DNA of 64,000 nucleotides from Azolla caroliniana (GCA_043228905.1 JBHGNT010000001.1:19840001-19904000); one strand, 5' to 3'. Numbered from the stretch's first letter, positions 12,019 through 27,051 are shown. The notes: generated from the sequence alone by a model not told the origin. Numbers and translations: made by a program.

Positions 12019-15000
12019 TGTTAAGTTACAAGCTCAACATTGGTCAGATCAGTGTGTAAACCGGTGCATAAACTGGTGCGTAAACCGGTGTGCAACAAGA
12101 GGCCGGATTGGTGCGGAAACCGGGAGGTTGTTGAACAGATATTCCGGGAGGGAATATATTTGGGATTTAGTGTAGGAGCTCAGTTATGAGCATTGAAGTA
12201 CGTGTCAGTACTTCTGTCAGTCCATATGGACTTGTATAAAAGTGCTCCCAGAGCACATCCTATGTACAAAGTTTTACACTTTATTTTGAATTTAGTTTTT
12301 CTGTGTGTTCATTCCCTCTCTGTCTCTCCCGCGTACATTGTGTCTTAAGCTCTGAAATAAACCTGTTTTTCTCTATCGGTATTCTGTGTTTCATATAGCT
12401 TCTGCACGTTACATTTCACATGGTATCAGAGCGTATGAGAACCTCTGCATCCGACTTCAGCTCGAAACAACAAAAAAAACCTAATCTCGGTGAAGAATGA
12501 AAAGGAAAAAAGTGGATTTAGGTATGGCTAGTTCGCTTCCAATTGAGAAGCTCGACAGAAGTAACTATGCATCATGGTCGTACAAGATGCACCAGTACCT
12601 ACTCGGACATGGATACTGGAGCTATGTCGATGGAGTGAATGATGCAGCACCCGAATCGACACACAAAGATTTCCTGGCCTGGGAACAGTCAGTGAGGAGA
12701 TTTCTCTACTGCATCGCGTCCTGTGTGAGCAAACAACTCTTGAGCTACATTCAGGATGCAAGGACGCCGAAGGATGCTTGGGGAAATCTGAAAAAGATTT
12801 TCCCACAGGCACCACAGCCAGGAAGCTCCAACTCCAATAGGAGTTGTGCAATGTGCGTCAACGCGACATGACAGTGGTTGACTACACCTCCAAGATAAAG
12901 GATATCTGTGGTTCCCTCGCCTCCATCAATGTGAACGTTGAGGAGGGCGAAATGATGCAAATCTGCCTCGGAGGATTGGCGTCAAAGTGCGGAGCATTCC
13001 GAACTGCTATTTGTACAACGGAGAATAAGCTGTCGTTTTTCGACTTGTAGTCAATGCTCCTTGTAGAGGAGAATCACGTGGGTGCGTCGATGAGTATGCA
13101 CACCGCCAACAAGATGTTGTACACGGAGGGAGATAGGCCCCGTGGTCGTGGTGGACGAGGTGAATTGGTGCGCAATGGAGGTGGCCGATGGGTGCAAGGA
13201 AGAAGGCATCGTGGTGATGCCGACAAAATTCCGGACCCTCCGAAAGCAGGGGGAGTCGAGCAGGTGATGAGAACTGACAAGGGAAACACGTCACAGAATG
13301 CTGGTATTGTGGTAAGAAATACCACAAGGAGAGCGAGTGCTAGAAGAAGCACATTGATTCGGAGAAAACTGGATCCAGATCCGGACGGACGGAAGAAGGA
13401 AATCGGCAGCGGACACACTACGCCGAAGGATCCGAGAAAGCCAGAAAGTGCACAACCTTCGTGACAAGACATGAAGCGAACTCAATGAAGAAGACCACCC
13501 CGAAATCGGACGAAGTGTGGTACGTTGACTCCGGAGCGTCAAACCATATGACGAACCATAAAGAGTGGTTCTCATATTTGGGAAAACCAGAACAACCGGA
13601 GTAGTCGCAACAGGAGACGACACTCCACATCCGATTGTATATGTCGGTGAAGTTTCCCTCAATCACGTCAGGCAAAAAGGAAAGCTAATGAACGTGTTAC
13701 GCGTCCTGACAATTACAAAGAATCTGGTGTGAGTTGGATAGATCATCGACCAGGGGATGCAAGTCCGGTTCACGCATCTTGGGTACTTCATCGAGGAAGA
13801 AGGCCAAGTTATTGCGCAAGGGCGGAGATATGGTAGGATGTTCGCGAAAGGGCAAAAATTCGAGTCGGATATCCACTTGTGGCATAAGCAGATAGGCCAC
13901 ATCAACTATCAAAGGCTTCAGGACCTGCAATCGAAACAAGTTGTGTTAGGATTGCTGAAATTCAGTGGTCGAAAGGCCCAACTTTGTGAAGCCTGCCAGC
14001 TAGGGAAGCAACACTGACTTCCTTTCCCCAACGCGCATAATTGGAGCCAAAGTAAGCTTGACTTGATACATTCAGATGTATGGGGACCGGCACAGAACGT
14101 GAGTCTTGCTAGGAGTCGATATTTCGTCTCCTTCATCGACGACTACACCCGACACACATGGATCTACCTCATTGAAAAGAAGAGTGAAGTCTTCGACTAT
14201 TTCCGGAACCTCAAAAATCTTGCTGAAAGGGAAACAAGGAGGAAGATCAAGTGCCTGCGGTCGGATAGCAGAAAAGAGTACTTTTTCGGCCAATTCAACA
14301 ATTATCTACAACAAATGGGAATTCGACGCGAATTCGTTTGCAGGTATACGCCGGAGTGAAAGGGTGTAGCCAAAAGGAAGAATCGGTTTGTTGTGGAAGC
14401 AGCGCGGGCAATGCTAGAAGAAAAGAGCATGCCCAAGTTTATTCGGCCGAAGCAGTCCGAACGGCGGTCTACATCCAGAATCAGATCGGAGAAAAAGTGT
14501 CGGCACATGAGTTGTATTTCAGAAGGAGGCCGAATCTACGACACTTGAGGTTTTTCGGTAGCATCGCGTATGTGCATGTGCCAAATGAGAATTGGAGGAA
14601 GCTTGACGCAGAAGCCGAGAAGTGTATCTTGTTTGGCTATTCGGACAAACAAAAGGGTTATAAGTGTTATAACCCCCGAACCAAACAAGCTCGCGTAAGT
14701 CGCGATGTCGTGTTCGATGAGTCTGCATCTTGGTACTTGCCTCCGACTCCGAACCTCAGCTCCAATCCGAGTTCTGAAGATGAGGTTAACGAGGCTGAGA
14801 TGCCTCTTGATGAACGCGAAATCGGAACTCTTGAAGAGAGTCCGATTTCATTTCGGCTCAGTGGACCAAATGAGCGACTAAGTCGGTTTAACCAGTCAGA
14901 TGAAGAGTCGGCGAGTAGTGGAGACTCGGCCGTGCATTGCCCGCGTAGGGAGCCGAAGAGATAGCTTACGCACAAAGAAAAGGGAAAGAAGAAGATGTCG

Positions 15001-17566
15001 ATGTATGGAACAAATAGGGACGAGTCGGATTGACGCGAATCCGACTCCGAGAAGAGAGATGGCGGGCCTTCAAGAGCGAAGCCCACGTCAGCCAGAACAG
15101 CCTCAAAATCAGCTAATGAGCAATTACGCTGATCTACCTGCCTGAAGAACCCTATTGTGCGGTTCGGATACAATGAGTACATGGCGCATCACTATGCGTA
15201 CATGACACGCATAGTGGAGGGGCGTGAGCCAGAGAGCTACGCAGAAGCGGCAAAGGACGTGAATTGGAGTGCCGCCATGGCGAAAGAGATGAATGCACTC
15301 GCGGAGAATGAAACCTGGGCCCTGGTTGAAGCCCCCAAGGGTATAAAGACGATTGGATACAAGTGGGTGTACAAGGTCAAGTACAACACTGACGGCTCGG
15401 TCAACCGCTACAAGGCCCGGTTAGTAGCAAAAGGCTATATGCAACAACACGACATCGATTACGATGAGACGTTTGCGCCGATCACGAAGATGAAGACCGT
15501 CCATGTTTTGCTTGCAGTAGCTGTGGCGAAGGGGTGGCACTTACATCAGATGGATATAAGGAATGCAGTCTTGCAAAGCGAGCTTGAGGAACAAGTGTAC
15601 ATGGTATAGCCCCCCGGATTTCACTCCGGAACGAACACTTCGGTGGCATGCCGATTGAAGAAGTCCGTTTACGGACTAAAGCAAGCCCCACATGCCTAGA
15701 ACGCGAAGATCACGCAGTGATTGCATTGGATGGGATTTGCGACGTCCAAATCTTACTCTTCATTGTTTGTCCGGCAAGGTCGACTTGGGCTGGTTAGTAT
15801 TTTACTTTATGTTGATGACTTGGTCATCGCCAGCATCGACCTAGATGAAATGGACCGCATAAAGCTCAAGCTTGTGGCATCATTTGATATGAAGGACCTG
15901 GGGGACCTTCATTACTTTCTCGGGATCGAAGTGATCCGAACCCCCGAAGGCGTACTGATCAGCCAACGAAATTACGTGCTAAGTATGGTCTTCAAGTTCA
16001 GTATGGCGGAATGCAAGTTCATCTCAACTCCTCTCGACAAAACCGTGAAGCTTCGCACTGACTCCGGAAAGGTCTGTGACCCGAAATGGTTCTGACAAAT
16101 TGTCGGAAGCCTCATATACTTGACTATCACCTGACCGGACCTCAGTTACCCGGTCAGCTTGATTAGTCTGTTCATGGCGTGGCCAATCGAGGAGCACCTT
16201 CAATGCGTGCAACACGTACTCAGGTAAATTAGTGGCACTAAGAACCGGGGGCTACTATATTGGACCGGTACTATCGCCAATCCACATCTAGATTCACGTT
16301 CTCCCTTGGGAGCACCGCAATCGCGTAGAGTGGCAAGAAGCAGCTGACATGTGCACTATCGAGCATAGAGGTAGAGTATCGAGGAGCGGTTGTCGCAACA
16401 TCCGAAGCCATATGGCTGAAGCGGCTACATAAGGATCTGCAGGTGGAGGTATCCGATCCGATGACGATCTACTGCGACAACCTCAACAACATCCAACTTC
16501 CGAAGAACCCCATCTTCCACACCCGGACTAAGCACATTGAGGTGCACTACCACTTTGTCTGCGAGCATGTCCTCTCTGGTGAAATTGAACTTCAGTATGT
16601 TTCGACGAATCGGCAACACACCGACATTTTCACCAAGCCCCTTGGTCTAGACAAGTTGTGACAATTCTCTAGTGTGCTTGGTTTGCGGCGCCTCGACGTG
16701 CCGAACTTGAGGGGGAGAAAATTCCCGCAAGATCGCGGGAAGGAGTGCAAGTGACCGCAACACCAAATCGGATGACGAATTCGATTTAGTGCCGGCTGAA
16801 GAAGCCGAAGGCGGATCCGCGAAAGAGTCCGGAACCGGAGGAGGGGACAGCAACCGAGAGAAAGAGCTGGAGCCATCGAAACATGGGGGAGATGAAGACA
16901 ACAAGGGCGAGAAAAGCCAAAATTGAGGACGAATTTGAGCTAGCCAATTCGAACAAAAGCGGAGATGAATTGGAGACAGCCAAATCGGCTCAGATGTTTG
17001 ATTTGGAGACGCCGAATCAACTGAAGGCCAAGCAAGGGAAAGGGCAACAGAAGAGGCACCAACACCATGACAACAAGGGAGCTGGAAAAGGCCGCACGAG
17101 CAGACAAGCCGACCGTAAGGGTCGAGGCACGCTGGATCCAACGGGTCGAGGAGCACGAGCGAGGTGTAAAGTCAAGAGAAACTGGAGTGTAGGACCGGAA
17201 GAGCCTCAAGTTGAGCTTGAGGGGGAGTGTTGAGTTACAAGTTCAACATTGGCCGGATCGGTGCGGAAACCAGGAGGCCGTTGAACAGATATTCCACAAG
17301 GGAATTTGGGAGTTAGTGTAGGAGCTCAGTTATGAGCATTGAAGTACGTGTTAGTAATTTTGTCAGTCTGTATGGACTTGTATAAAAGTGCTCCCTGAGG
17401 ACATCCTATGTACAGAGTTTTACACATTATTTTGAATTTAGTTTTTCTGTGTGTTCATTCCCTCTATGTCTCTCCCATGTACATTGTGTCTTAAGCTCTC
17501 CATTAAACATGTTTTTCTTTGTCGGTATTCTATGTTTCGTATAGCTTCCGCACGTTACATTTCACA
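12019..17566 (+). mobile_element. Full-length degenerate Ty1/copia family A element
   Basis: 5' LTR 12019-12420; PBS TGGTATCAGAGC 12421-12432; gag MASSLPIEKLDRSNYASWSYKM; PR DSGASNHM; INT; RT LLYVDDL; RNase H; PPT TTGAGGGGGAG before 17228; 3' LTR 17228-17566; flanks AAAAA/AAAAA (TSD within an A-run). Confidence 0.95.
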
Positions 17567-18192
17567 AAAAAAGTTATTGTAAAAATTCCTCCATTTGCCC
17601 TGCAAATTCTAAAATTCAATCAATTGCCCTTGAGTTTTTGACATTCTTTCAGTTGCCCCTCTTTTTTCCTTCGTCCTCTTCTATCGTCGAATTCTTCTTT
17701 TTTTCATATTCTTCAGAGTCTACATCAGACTCCGAATGTCAACCTTGCATTGATCGCTCCTCTCCTTCGTTTTCCTGTGTCTATATCTGTCTTCCTTCTT
17801 CTTCTTCCTTTCTTTCTCTATGTCCTTCTTCTTTCTGTCTTTTATTGTCATATTTTTCTTCTCTTACTGCTTCTTTTTCTATGTCTTCTTGTGGTGTTTC
17901 TCAAACTGTCGGCCTCTCCGTCGGTTGTCTCTTCATCGCCGACCATCGGCCGTTCGTCCGACAGACAACTCTGTCTACTGGTTGTTCCGTTGGCTACCTC
18001 TCATCCCTATCTTTGTAGAATTCAGCAAGTATACAAATAGAGATGGATCACTAGAGAGAGATCACACATACACAAAATTGTTCTATATTAATTGTGTTAT
18101 GCTACATTAGCCAAATGACTTTGTTTGTAGAGACGATGGACAAAAAGTTATGTCTCTTGAATGAAGAGTTTTCTCTAACGTTTAATAACAAA
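17567..18192. other. Pyrimidine-rich non-coding sequence, possibly a DNA-transposon remnant, continuous with 11960-12018
   Basis: TTGCCCT/TTACCCT motifs on both sides of the copia insertion; no TIR pair or transposase found. Confidence 0.25.
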
Positions 18193-18598
18193 TGAAAAAG
18201 AATACGTGCGAAACCTTAACAGACACAATCGGGTAACAACAGACAAAAGACAAAGAAGATGAAGAAGGTTTAATGGAAAGCTTAATCAACACAGCGTACG
18301 CGAGAGAGACAAAGAGAGCAGAACACACAAAACTCTATTCCAAAACAATACTCTAAAACGATGTACATAGGATGTGCTCAGAGAGCACTTTTATACAAGT
18401 CCATACAGACTAACATAAGTAATAACACGTACTTCAATGCTCATCAATGATCTTCTACACTAACGCCCAAAATATATTCCTCTGCGGAATATCTATCCAA
18501 TGGCCTCCCGATTTACGCACCGCTATGGCCTCTCGTTGCGCACCCGGTTTACGCACCTAGTCTACGCACTACTTTATTCACCGGTTTACGCGCCCAAT
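18193..18598 (-). repeat. Truncated copia family A LTR
   Basis: Reverse-complement similarity to LTR 30789-31197; lacks the TGTTGAG end. Confidence 0.8.
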
Positions 18599-18667
18599 AA
18601 ATAACTCTTCATAATTATTTAAATATTTCTAATTAATAATCATAAGATATTTAGGTTAAATATTTCC

Positions 18668-19300
18668 ACCCCCCCCTTAAGCTAAATATTATTCTATTCA
18701 AAAGTATTGTCGTTCGAAGAATAGTTTGGCATTGTTAGACCAATCTTTCGGCTACAAGTGACATGCTTTGTTTGAGGTACTGGCTTTGTTAGAAAATCGG
18801 CGCACATTAGTGTTGTAGACACATACTTCAAATCTAACTTCTTCTCTTCAATTAAGTCTCGTAGAAAGTGATGCTTGAAAGAGACATGTCGAATATTATC
18901 ACTCATTTTCGGATTCCAAGCTAACTTTATACATGATTGATTATCACAAAGAAGGATTAGCTTTGAAGTCTTAAACAAATTAAGTTCTTCAAGTATAGAA
19001 TGAATCCATATTCCTTCTTTAGCAGCAACTGTGATAGCTACATATTCGGCTTCCGTTGAAGATAAAGTGACTGTTGTTTGCTACTTCGACCACCATGCTA
19101 TAGCGGCTCCGATGAGACAATATACGAAGCCACTTGTTGACTTACGACCATCAATATCTCCTCCCCAATCTGACTTCGTCCAACCAGACAATTGTGATGG
19201 ATTGGTCCATCCTTCAAGCTTCATGTTGATGGACTCTGATTGCGATCTGGAGTAAGTTAACACCATATCTTTTGTTTAGTTTAGGTAACATAGTCGTCGT
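18668..19300 (-). mobile_element. AT-rich Ty1/copia element C, RNase H end and PPT
   Basis: SDWGGDIDGRKSTSG, TLSSTEAEY, LCDNQSCI, ADFLTKP; G-rich tract on minus strand near 18668-18681. Confidence 0.85.
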
Positions 19301-22300
19301 TGTCGTGAAAATCCGTCACTATGTACGGATGGTGAGGCAGAACCACCGAGGTTATGGATTGGAAGGAATTAAGGGTCACACGCTTAGCACAAGCAAGATT
19401 TGAACATAAGACAAGTAGGAGGAAGAAAACGTTCGTTTATTGCCAAAGAAAATAGATTATTTATAATTCTAGAATCATGTTAAAACAGATTGGATATGAA
19501 TATGAGAGATCATTCTTGAAAGAAAGGAGCCAACAACCATGTAAGTAGTGGTTCGATATGAATATGAGAGATTATCCTTGGAAGAAAGGAGCCACCTACC
19601 ATGTAAGGAGTGGTCTAATATGAATATGAGAGATTATCTTTCCCCAAGGAATGGGAGAGAGAAGAAGAGAAGGCAAAAAAAAAAACTAGAGAAAAAAAAG
19701 TGGAACATATACGGAGTCCTTTGTTGATCATAGCCTCCCCATTTTCCTTTGCATGCGTCAACTTTTAGTTGCATGGTCTCCATTTTTAGTTGCTTGCCCT
19801 TTACTTTTAGTTGCTTCGCAGTGTACGCATCCGCACGTGTGTCCCGACCATGCCGTGTACGTGCATCTGTAGACGCACGTCCCAACCAAGCCGTACACCG
19901 AGTCCCTAAACCATTTGGGCCATTCATCCACACAATTTAGCCCAAGTCACCTTAAACAATCTGTGCTTCACACATAGACATAAAGTAATAAGTTCTGGCT
20001 CTCCTTATATACTATGAGGATCCAATGTTGTCCTATCTATGTGGGATATCTCACAGTTTGATTTCCCAATCTTCTCAAACTTGACACTCACATAACTTGA
20101 TACTTGTTTATCCGTTTCATGTGTACTAAAATGCGTTATGAAGCTCTTGATGACCTCTATCTTTCTATTTCAATCCATTAAGCTAATATTAAATAATTAT
20201 TTTACTAATTTTCATATCGTGTGTGAAAAACCAGACGACATTCACCCCCACCAAACCTACACATCCACCGGTATGTGCAAATTGCGGTGAGGTTCCTCTT
20301 TTGATTATTCTTTTTCAACGTCGATGGTGGAGGCTACATCGTCTAAAGCTTCAATTTCAAGATTTGGGGCCTCTCTTCTCATAAAGATCTTGATTCTCTT
20401 TCTTGTAATTGGCAAAGCAAGTGGTGTACCATCTAGTTCTACTAAACGATATGTCGCATTATCTTCCACTTTCTTCACCTGATATGGTCCAAACCATCAT
20501 TGTGAAAATTTTCGATCCATACTATGTTGATTGTCTTGGCTACTGTCGTAGACTAGCACCCAATCTCCTTTAACGATTTTTCTCGGACGAAATCGATGTC
20601 GTTTATCGAAGTCTCTCTTGTTCATTAGCCTTGCATTCTTTAGCCGCGCTTTAGCCACTTCAATATCTTCCAACGTCCTCTCCAACTGTCAAATCCTCAA
20701 TGCTAGAAGAACTTCTCTACTTATCTCATCTTGCCATGGTAATGCAAAACATGAAACAATACTTTGTTCCACTGGCATTATTGGTTTCTGTCTGAATATG
20801 AGCTCTGCCAGCATGTATCCCGTCACCGTGCTATGAGTAGTCCTGTCAGCCCAAACTGCAAATGACAATAGACGTTGCCATTCTCCTGTTTTCCCATGGC
20901 AAGCTTTCACTAGAGCCTTCACAATCGGTCCATGTCCACGTTCCACTTTCCCATTCGCTTCCAGATTATACGTCGTGGTAAGAGATAATTTGATTCCCAT
21001 CCTAAAGAAGAATTCTTTAGCTTCCTTGGCGTCCAGCTCGCCTCTATCAGCCACTATCTTCCTAACGCATCCATATCTACAAATAACATCTTCAAGAAGG
21101 AATCTGCATACTGATGATGTCTCCTTAGTTCTCAATGTTCACCCTTTAACTTGATTGGTAAGATACTCTCTCGCGAGCACAAGATACTTCATCTGCCATC
21201 GCCCCATTGGCATCATTACGATGTCCACCATCCACTTTTAATGCATAGCCAACGGGTAAGTTAGATGAAGTTCATCTCGATGGCGAACATTCGAAAACAT
21301 TTGACATTCCTTACATGTTTCCACATAAGCTGCTACATCTTTGTAGATGCCCGGCCACCAATATTTCTCCTTAAGCTTCGCGAACGTAGCCCATATTCCT
21401 TGATGGCCTTCAAAAACACTATCATAAAATTCAGACATTAGTTTTTGTCGGTCTTCCAGCTTGCAGACAACTCTCATCGGAGTCCCATTCTTCTCTTTTG
21501 CATGCCTCCAAAGAGATCCATCCTTAAGGAAATACTTGTACACCTTCTTCCGAATTCGGTGGAATTCTTCTATCGACCACGATTCATCTTTTTGGAGAGA
21601 ACTCAAGTATTTCCCGATCTCCACAAATTTGCCTTCGTATTCCTCTTCTATGAAAGTTGTTAACACCCGAGTGTAGGAACTTGTAAAGAAATCCAAGCCA
21701 ACATCCTCTTCATCAGAATGTCCATCTTTTTCTCCGTCGTATCTTGCTCGTGATAGCATGTCTGCAATGACATTAAGCTTCCCAACTACATGAAGGATCT
21801 CGGGGTTGAGTGATTTGATATATGCAATCCAACGAACCATGGCAATATCTGGTGTACTACATCTAGATATCATACCCAAGATTGGTAGGCAATCTGTCTT
21901 GATAATGACTTGTGCTCCAATAAGGTAGTCACGATTAGACTTGATCGCCGATACAATTCCCCATAGCTCCCTCTTCACTGGGGCATACCTTCTTTGCCTA
22001 TCACTTAACACTTTCGCACCAAACCGAGTTGCATATCGGTTGCAATCTTCGTCTTCTTGGTTTATAACCCATCCAATTCCGGTCAGACTAGTATCCACGA
22101 TCACGAAAATGGGCTTGCCGTTTGAATAGTCCACCTTCCGTAATGCAGGTGCCTCCATCAATAATTTCCTCAGCCTTTGGATGGCGAAAGCATGCTCGCT
22201 CGTGCATTTGAACCTTTGCTTCTTCTTTAGTAGGTAGTATAATGGCTCAACAATGTGGGCGTAGTGTGGAATCCAAATATGATAAAACACACATACTCCA

Positions 22301-25300
22301 AGGAACCTTCATACCTCCGTTTGGGTTACCCATTCTTCTTTCATGTCTTGGATCACATTCACCTTGTATGGCAAAGGCTTCCGACCATATGCTCCACACA
22401 AGTGACCTACCACCAAAATCTTTGGTTGCCCCAATGCGGATTTTTCTCCAGAAAATGTCAAATTCACATCTTTGAGCCTTTGGAGCACCTTCTCGCAATC
22501 TTTTATATGATCCACGACGAACTTTTTGCATCCATCCTTATCTTTTGATTCATCCTTCTCCTCATCCAAACATCCTTTTATCGGAATGTCATCCAGGAAT
22601 GACATCGTGATGCCTGGGATGCAATCCTTCAGGAACTTGTTCATGGCATTCACCATATGAGCCACCGAGTTCATTGCACCTTGAGGTAAGGTACACATCT
22701 GCACAAGCCCGATCGGACTCCTCATGGTTGTAATGTCACGACTGTCGACCACCAACTAGAATTGATCATATCCAGAGTAGAGATCGCCAATGGAGTAGAT
22801 GGACCGGCCCGCAAACACCTCGGCAAATTCATCCACACTCGGACCGATTCCAGCATTACGAATTGTCACCTTGTTGACGGGTTGAAGATCTTGGATGAAT
22901 CGCAACGATCCATTCTTCTTCGGCACTGTGAACCACCTATTAGAATAAGGAGCATTCGACGGTTCCAAAATTCCCATATTCACCTTCTCCTTTAAGAGCT
23001 TGATCAGTTTTCGTAGGTGTGCTCTCGGAACCGGTATCGTTTTAAATTCCAAGGCACATGCGGCATCGTGAAGATCACCATCGGTTCTACCGTCCTTGGA
23101 TCAACACATCTGATTTCTTGTGGAAAAAATGTGAAAGCCTTTCCATGTCTTTCAAACATTCCGTGGAACATTCGCTCCTCTTCAGGAAGGAGGAAATCCT
23201 CCCTTCCAACTCATAGCTTTCATTTCATCTCTTCAGTGAAGACGTGACCTATTGTCTTCAGATTCCTTAAGGTTGGATCTTTTGCAACTTCCTTCATCTT
23301 TTGCCAGCTATCTTCCGGTAGCGGAACTACAATTGGCTTGATCTTCCTATCCACCATTTTATATTTTGTGTTGACTTCAGCTTCCTCCATCAAGATGCTT
23401 CGATAATATTCATCGATGATACCATACATGTTGACGGAGTTAACCGAATCACATGTTGATTGTTAAGATAGCTCAAGTCCACGACTTCCTCGATTTCGCC
23501 GATGGTGTCATTAAATGAGGCTTCCTCCAGAATATGAGACACGGATTCTTCTTCTTCGATTATGCTTTCTTCTTTCAGCACCTTCTCAAAGTCTTGTATC
23601 CGACGATTGTCCTTCTTGTTGAGTAGTGTTAGTTTACATGCACCGCTAGGTGTGACGCATGTCGCTTCTCCTTGCAATCCACGTACTTCGCTTCCTTGTG
23701 GGGGCTTATGATTGCTCGGATTATCTGCCCCACTCTTCAATAGTCTGCACTAAAAATCCGAGAATTCGCCTCCAAGGCTATCTCGGTTCCTTTCGTGGTT
23801 AGCCTACACCGTCAGGAATTGAACAGATCTTTGACTATCAATGCTCTTGACTCTCGTGAAGGTTGCTCCATTATCGAACACCTTGGTCTCCATCCGGGAC
23901 GATGTGATATACGGTTGTCCTAGGATGACATGATGCGAACCCGAGTCTTGCACAAAAAAGTGTTGATCCATCTCCACATCCCCGATCGTGACTTAAACAT
24001 TGGGGCATGCTCTGTACAAGTCCTCCGTGGCCTTCATTGGCACTCGAATCTTCCATCCGTGGTTTGTATTAATTTTCCATCTTCCTTTCTTGTAGAACTT
24101 GGTCGACATAAGGTTGATCTCTGAACCATGCTCAATCAAGGCTACCACAGTCTCCTTCTTCTCCCCGATCTTCACCGCCGTCTCCGTTATCGCTCTTGCC
24201 CAATGAGGCCGAGAGTAATGGTGGTCCGCCATCACTTCTTCTTCTTCCTCCTCTTCCGATCTTGCATGGTTATGGCACTTCTTTTCACCTCCTCTTCATC
24301 TGATTGTTGCTGCTTCCGCTTAATCAAGTTCACGATAGTATCATGGAACTCCTTCTTAGCGATCCCAAGCAGTTCTCTCAAAGTAAGGTCAACATGACTG
24401 TCTAAAACCTTCTCTTCAAGGACCTTCCGCAAGTCAGTTGTTTGTTCTATGTCCGACCTTAGCTTGTAAGTCGGCGCCGTTCGTTCTTTTCCTTTCTTCA
24501 CAGATTCATCGACTTCCATCCGAGAAGGTTGGCTTGATCCACCGGGCTTCATGCTTGTTTTTCCTATCTCTTTTCGTGGCGTAGGTTGGGCTTGACCTTT
24601 TTTCCCTGTGTTCCTCATATTGTGACGCTTTGAAGTGCCATCTTCTTCACCAGTTCTTTTCCTCTTATCTTCGACAAGAGCTTCATAGTTGTCACACACA
24701 ACCTTCGCAAAGCTTGTGTTATCGTCGATTGGATCTGACCATCCAGTAACTTGTCGCACATTTCAATTAGCAAGTTTTAGATCCTCCAAATCGATTTTTC
24801 CTTTCTTTTCGCACTTGAAGACTGTTGGCCAAAACCTAGCTCCTGGCTTGATCGTCTTTAGATTCTCTCTTCCAACTTGTATCCCGGCCGATGCGGCATT
24901 GTGCATAGCTTCCACATGCCTTGTGTCTTCCTCCTCCACGATCGTTTTCAGCCCACCTTTTCCAAAGTTCACTCGTAGTGGCTTCCAGGTCTCGCTCGAA
25001 TGAATCATGTTGTCGTCCAAATAGACGACATTCTTGCGAATCGCTTCTTGCAAGTCAGTGCACTCCTTTCGTGAGTGCTCGATGTTGTTGCACCACACAC
25101 ATCTATACGCTTCTTTTCCCTTGGGCCCGCGTCGATCAAAGTTGGCCAGCGATACTGCTTCAAACTTCTTGGAGAGCTCTTCAATTATAGAGTCCTCCAT
25201 CTCTTTCTTGTCAAAATTGTTGATTGGCTTGTTAGGCTCAACCGTCACAAGTGCCTTCCTGCTCCATGATTGTGGATTCTCCATATCAGTTTCATCTTGC

Positions 25301-27051
25301 CATTGTCAACACTTATCAAGATGGCTACAAGCCTTCTTCACCGTCGTCCAGTCCGCTAGCAAGCTATTTGGTTGCGTTTTGTCCTCCAAAAAACTACCCA
25401 ATTCTCGTCAGTCTTTCGTATCCACCGCCTTCAAGAATAGTAGGACTTTATCTCCATCGAGAACTTGTTGATTAGCACTCGGAGGTTGGTTGTACTTCTA
25501 GTCAAATTCCACATATACTCCCGATGTACACATATTCTTCCCTTTTTTCTCGATCCAAATCATTAGCGTATGTCGAGTCATCCGTGACGCGTCTTCAAGC
25601 ATGTATTCAGCGAGAAGCGCCTTTTCGAACTCCGCCAAAGTTGTGTGCTCGTTTTGGATCTCCATGATGCGCTCAAGGATCCCTGGTTCCACCACACGTT
25701 TGAAGCTAGAAATTTGTTTGAGATCGTTGACATCCCTCTGTTGCATCTCATTTCGATAGGTAGCACGGAAATCCGTGATGTTCTTGCCACCAAATCATCC
25801 AGCTATCTCGACTGTTCGATCAAGAGCTTTGTCAATTAAAGCCTCTCGAGCTCTCACTTTTAACATGTATTCCATTACAAAAACCATGCCTTTCGTTAAT
25901 TACTCTCCTTGAGTTCCGCTTGTCGAAGCCATCGTCGCACTTGATATCCTCCCTACCGCCTCTTCACGTCGGGTTCACCACTTCATTATGTCGTGAAAAT
26001 TCGTCACTATGTACGGATGGTGAGGCAGAACCACAGAGGTTATGGATTGGAAGGAATTAAGGCTCACACGCTTAGCACAAGGAAGATTTGAACATAAGAC
26101 AAGTAGGAGGGAGAAAACGTTCGTTTATTGCAAAAGAAAATAGATTCTTTATAATTCTAGAATCATGTTACAACAGATTGGATATCAATATGAGAGATCA
26201 TTCTTGAAAAAAAGGAGCCAACAACCATATAAAGAGTGGTCTGATATGAATATGAGAGATTATCCTTGGAAGAAAGGAGCCAACTACCATGTAAGGAGTG
26301 GTCCGATATGAATATGAGAGATTATCTTTCCCCAAGGAATGGGAGAGCGAAGAAGAGAAGGCAAAAAAAAAACTAGAGAAAAAAAAGTGGAACATATACA
26401 AAGGTCTTTGTTGATCATAGCCTCCCCATTTTCCTTTGCATGCGTTGCCTTTTAGTTGCATGGCCTCCATTTTTAGTTGCTTGGCCTTTAGTTTTAGTTG
26501 GTTCGCCTTTACTTTTAGTTGCATGCGACCGGTCGTATAATTCGGCCACATGATCCAATCATCTATAAAGTTCAGCCCGTGCATAATCCGTACGTGCGTC
26601 ACAACCAAACCATGCGTTGCAACCGCCGTAGACGTGTCCGTTCGCGCATGTCCCGACTGCGCCGTGTACGCGCATCTATAGACACGCACGTCCCGACCAA
26701 GCCGTACGCCGTGTCCCAAAACCATTTGAGCCATTTATCCACACAATTTAGCCCAAATCACCTTAAACAATCTGTGCTTCACACATAGACATAAAATAAT
26801 AGGTTTTGGCTCTCCTTATATACTATGGGGATCCAATGTTGTCCTATCTATGTGGGATATCTCACAATTTGATTTCCCAATCTTCTCAAACTTCACACTC
26901 ACATAACTTGATACTTGTTTATCCGTTTCATGTGTAGTAAAATGCGTTATGAAGCTCTTGATGACCTCTATCTTTCCATATCAATCCATTAAGAAAATCT
27001 TAAATAATTATTTTACTAATTTTCATATTGTGTGTGAAAAACTACACGACA
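19301..27051 (-). mobile_element. Full-length degenerate Ty3/gypsy element, tRNA-Trp-primed family (G1)
   Basis: LTRs 25989-27051 and 19301-20240; PBS TGGTGAACCCGACGTGA near 25964-25980; gag with CVWCNNIEHSRKEC; PR ALIEHGSEINLM; RT FLDDIPIKG; RNase H; integrase; PPT 20241-20257; 4-bp TSD TCGT/TCAT splitting copia C. Confidence 0.95.

Noticed and set aside
17638-18110. F/L/S-rich 'membrane' ORFs
   Set aside because: Artefact of CT-rich low-complexity DNA
19490-19820. CRISPR-like repeats in G1 LTRs (also 26180-26525)
   Set aside because: Tandem U3 repeats without unique spacers; eukaryotic context and no cas genes
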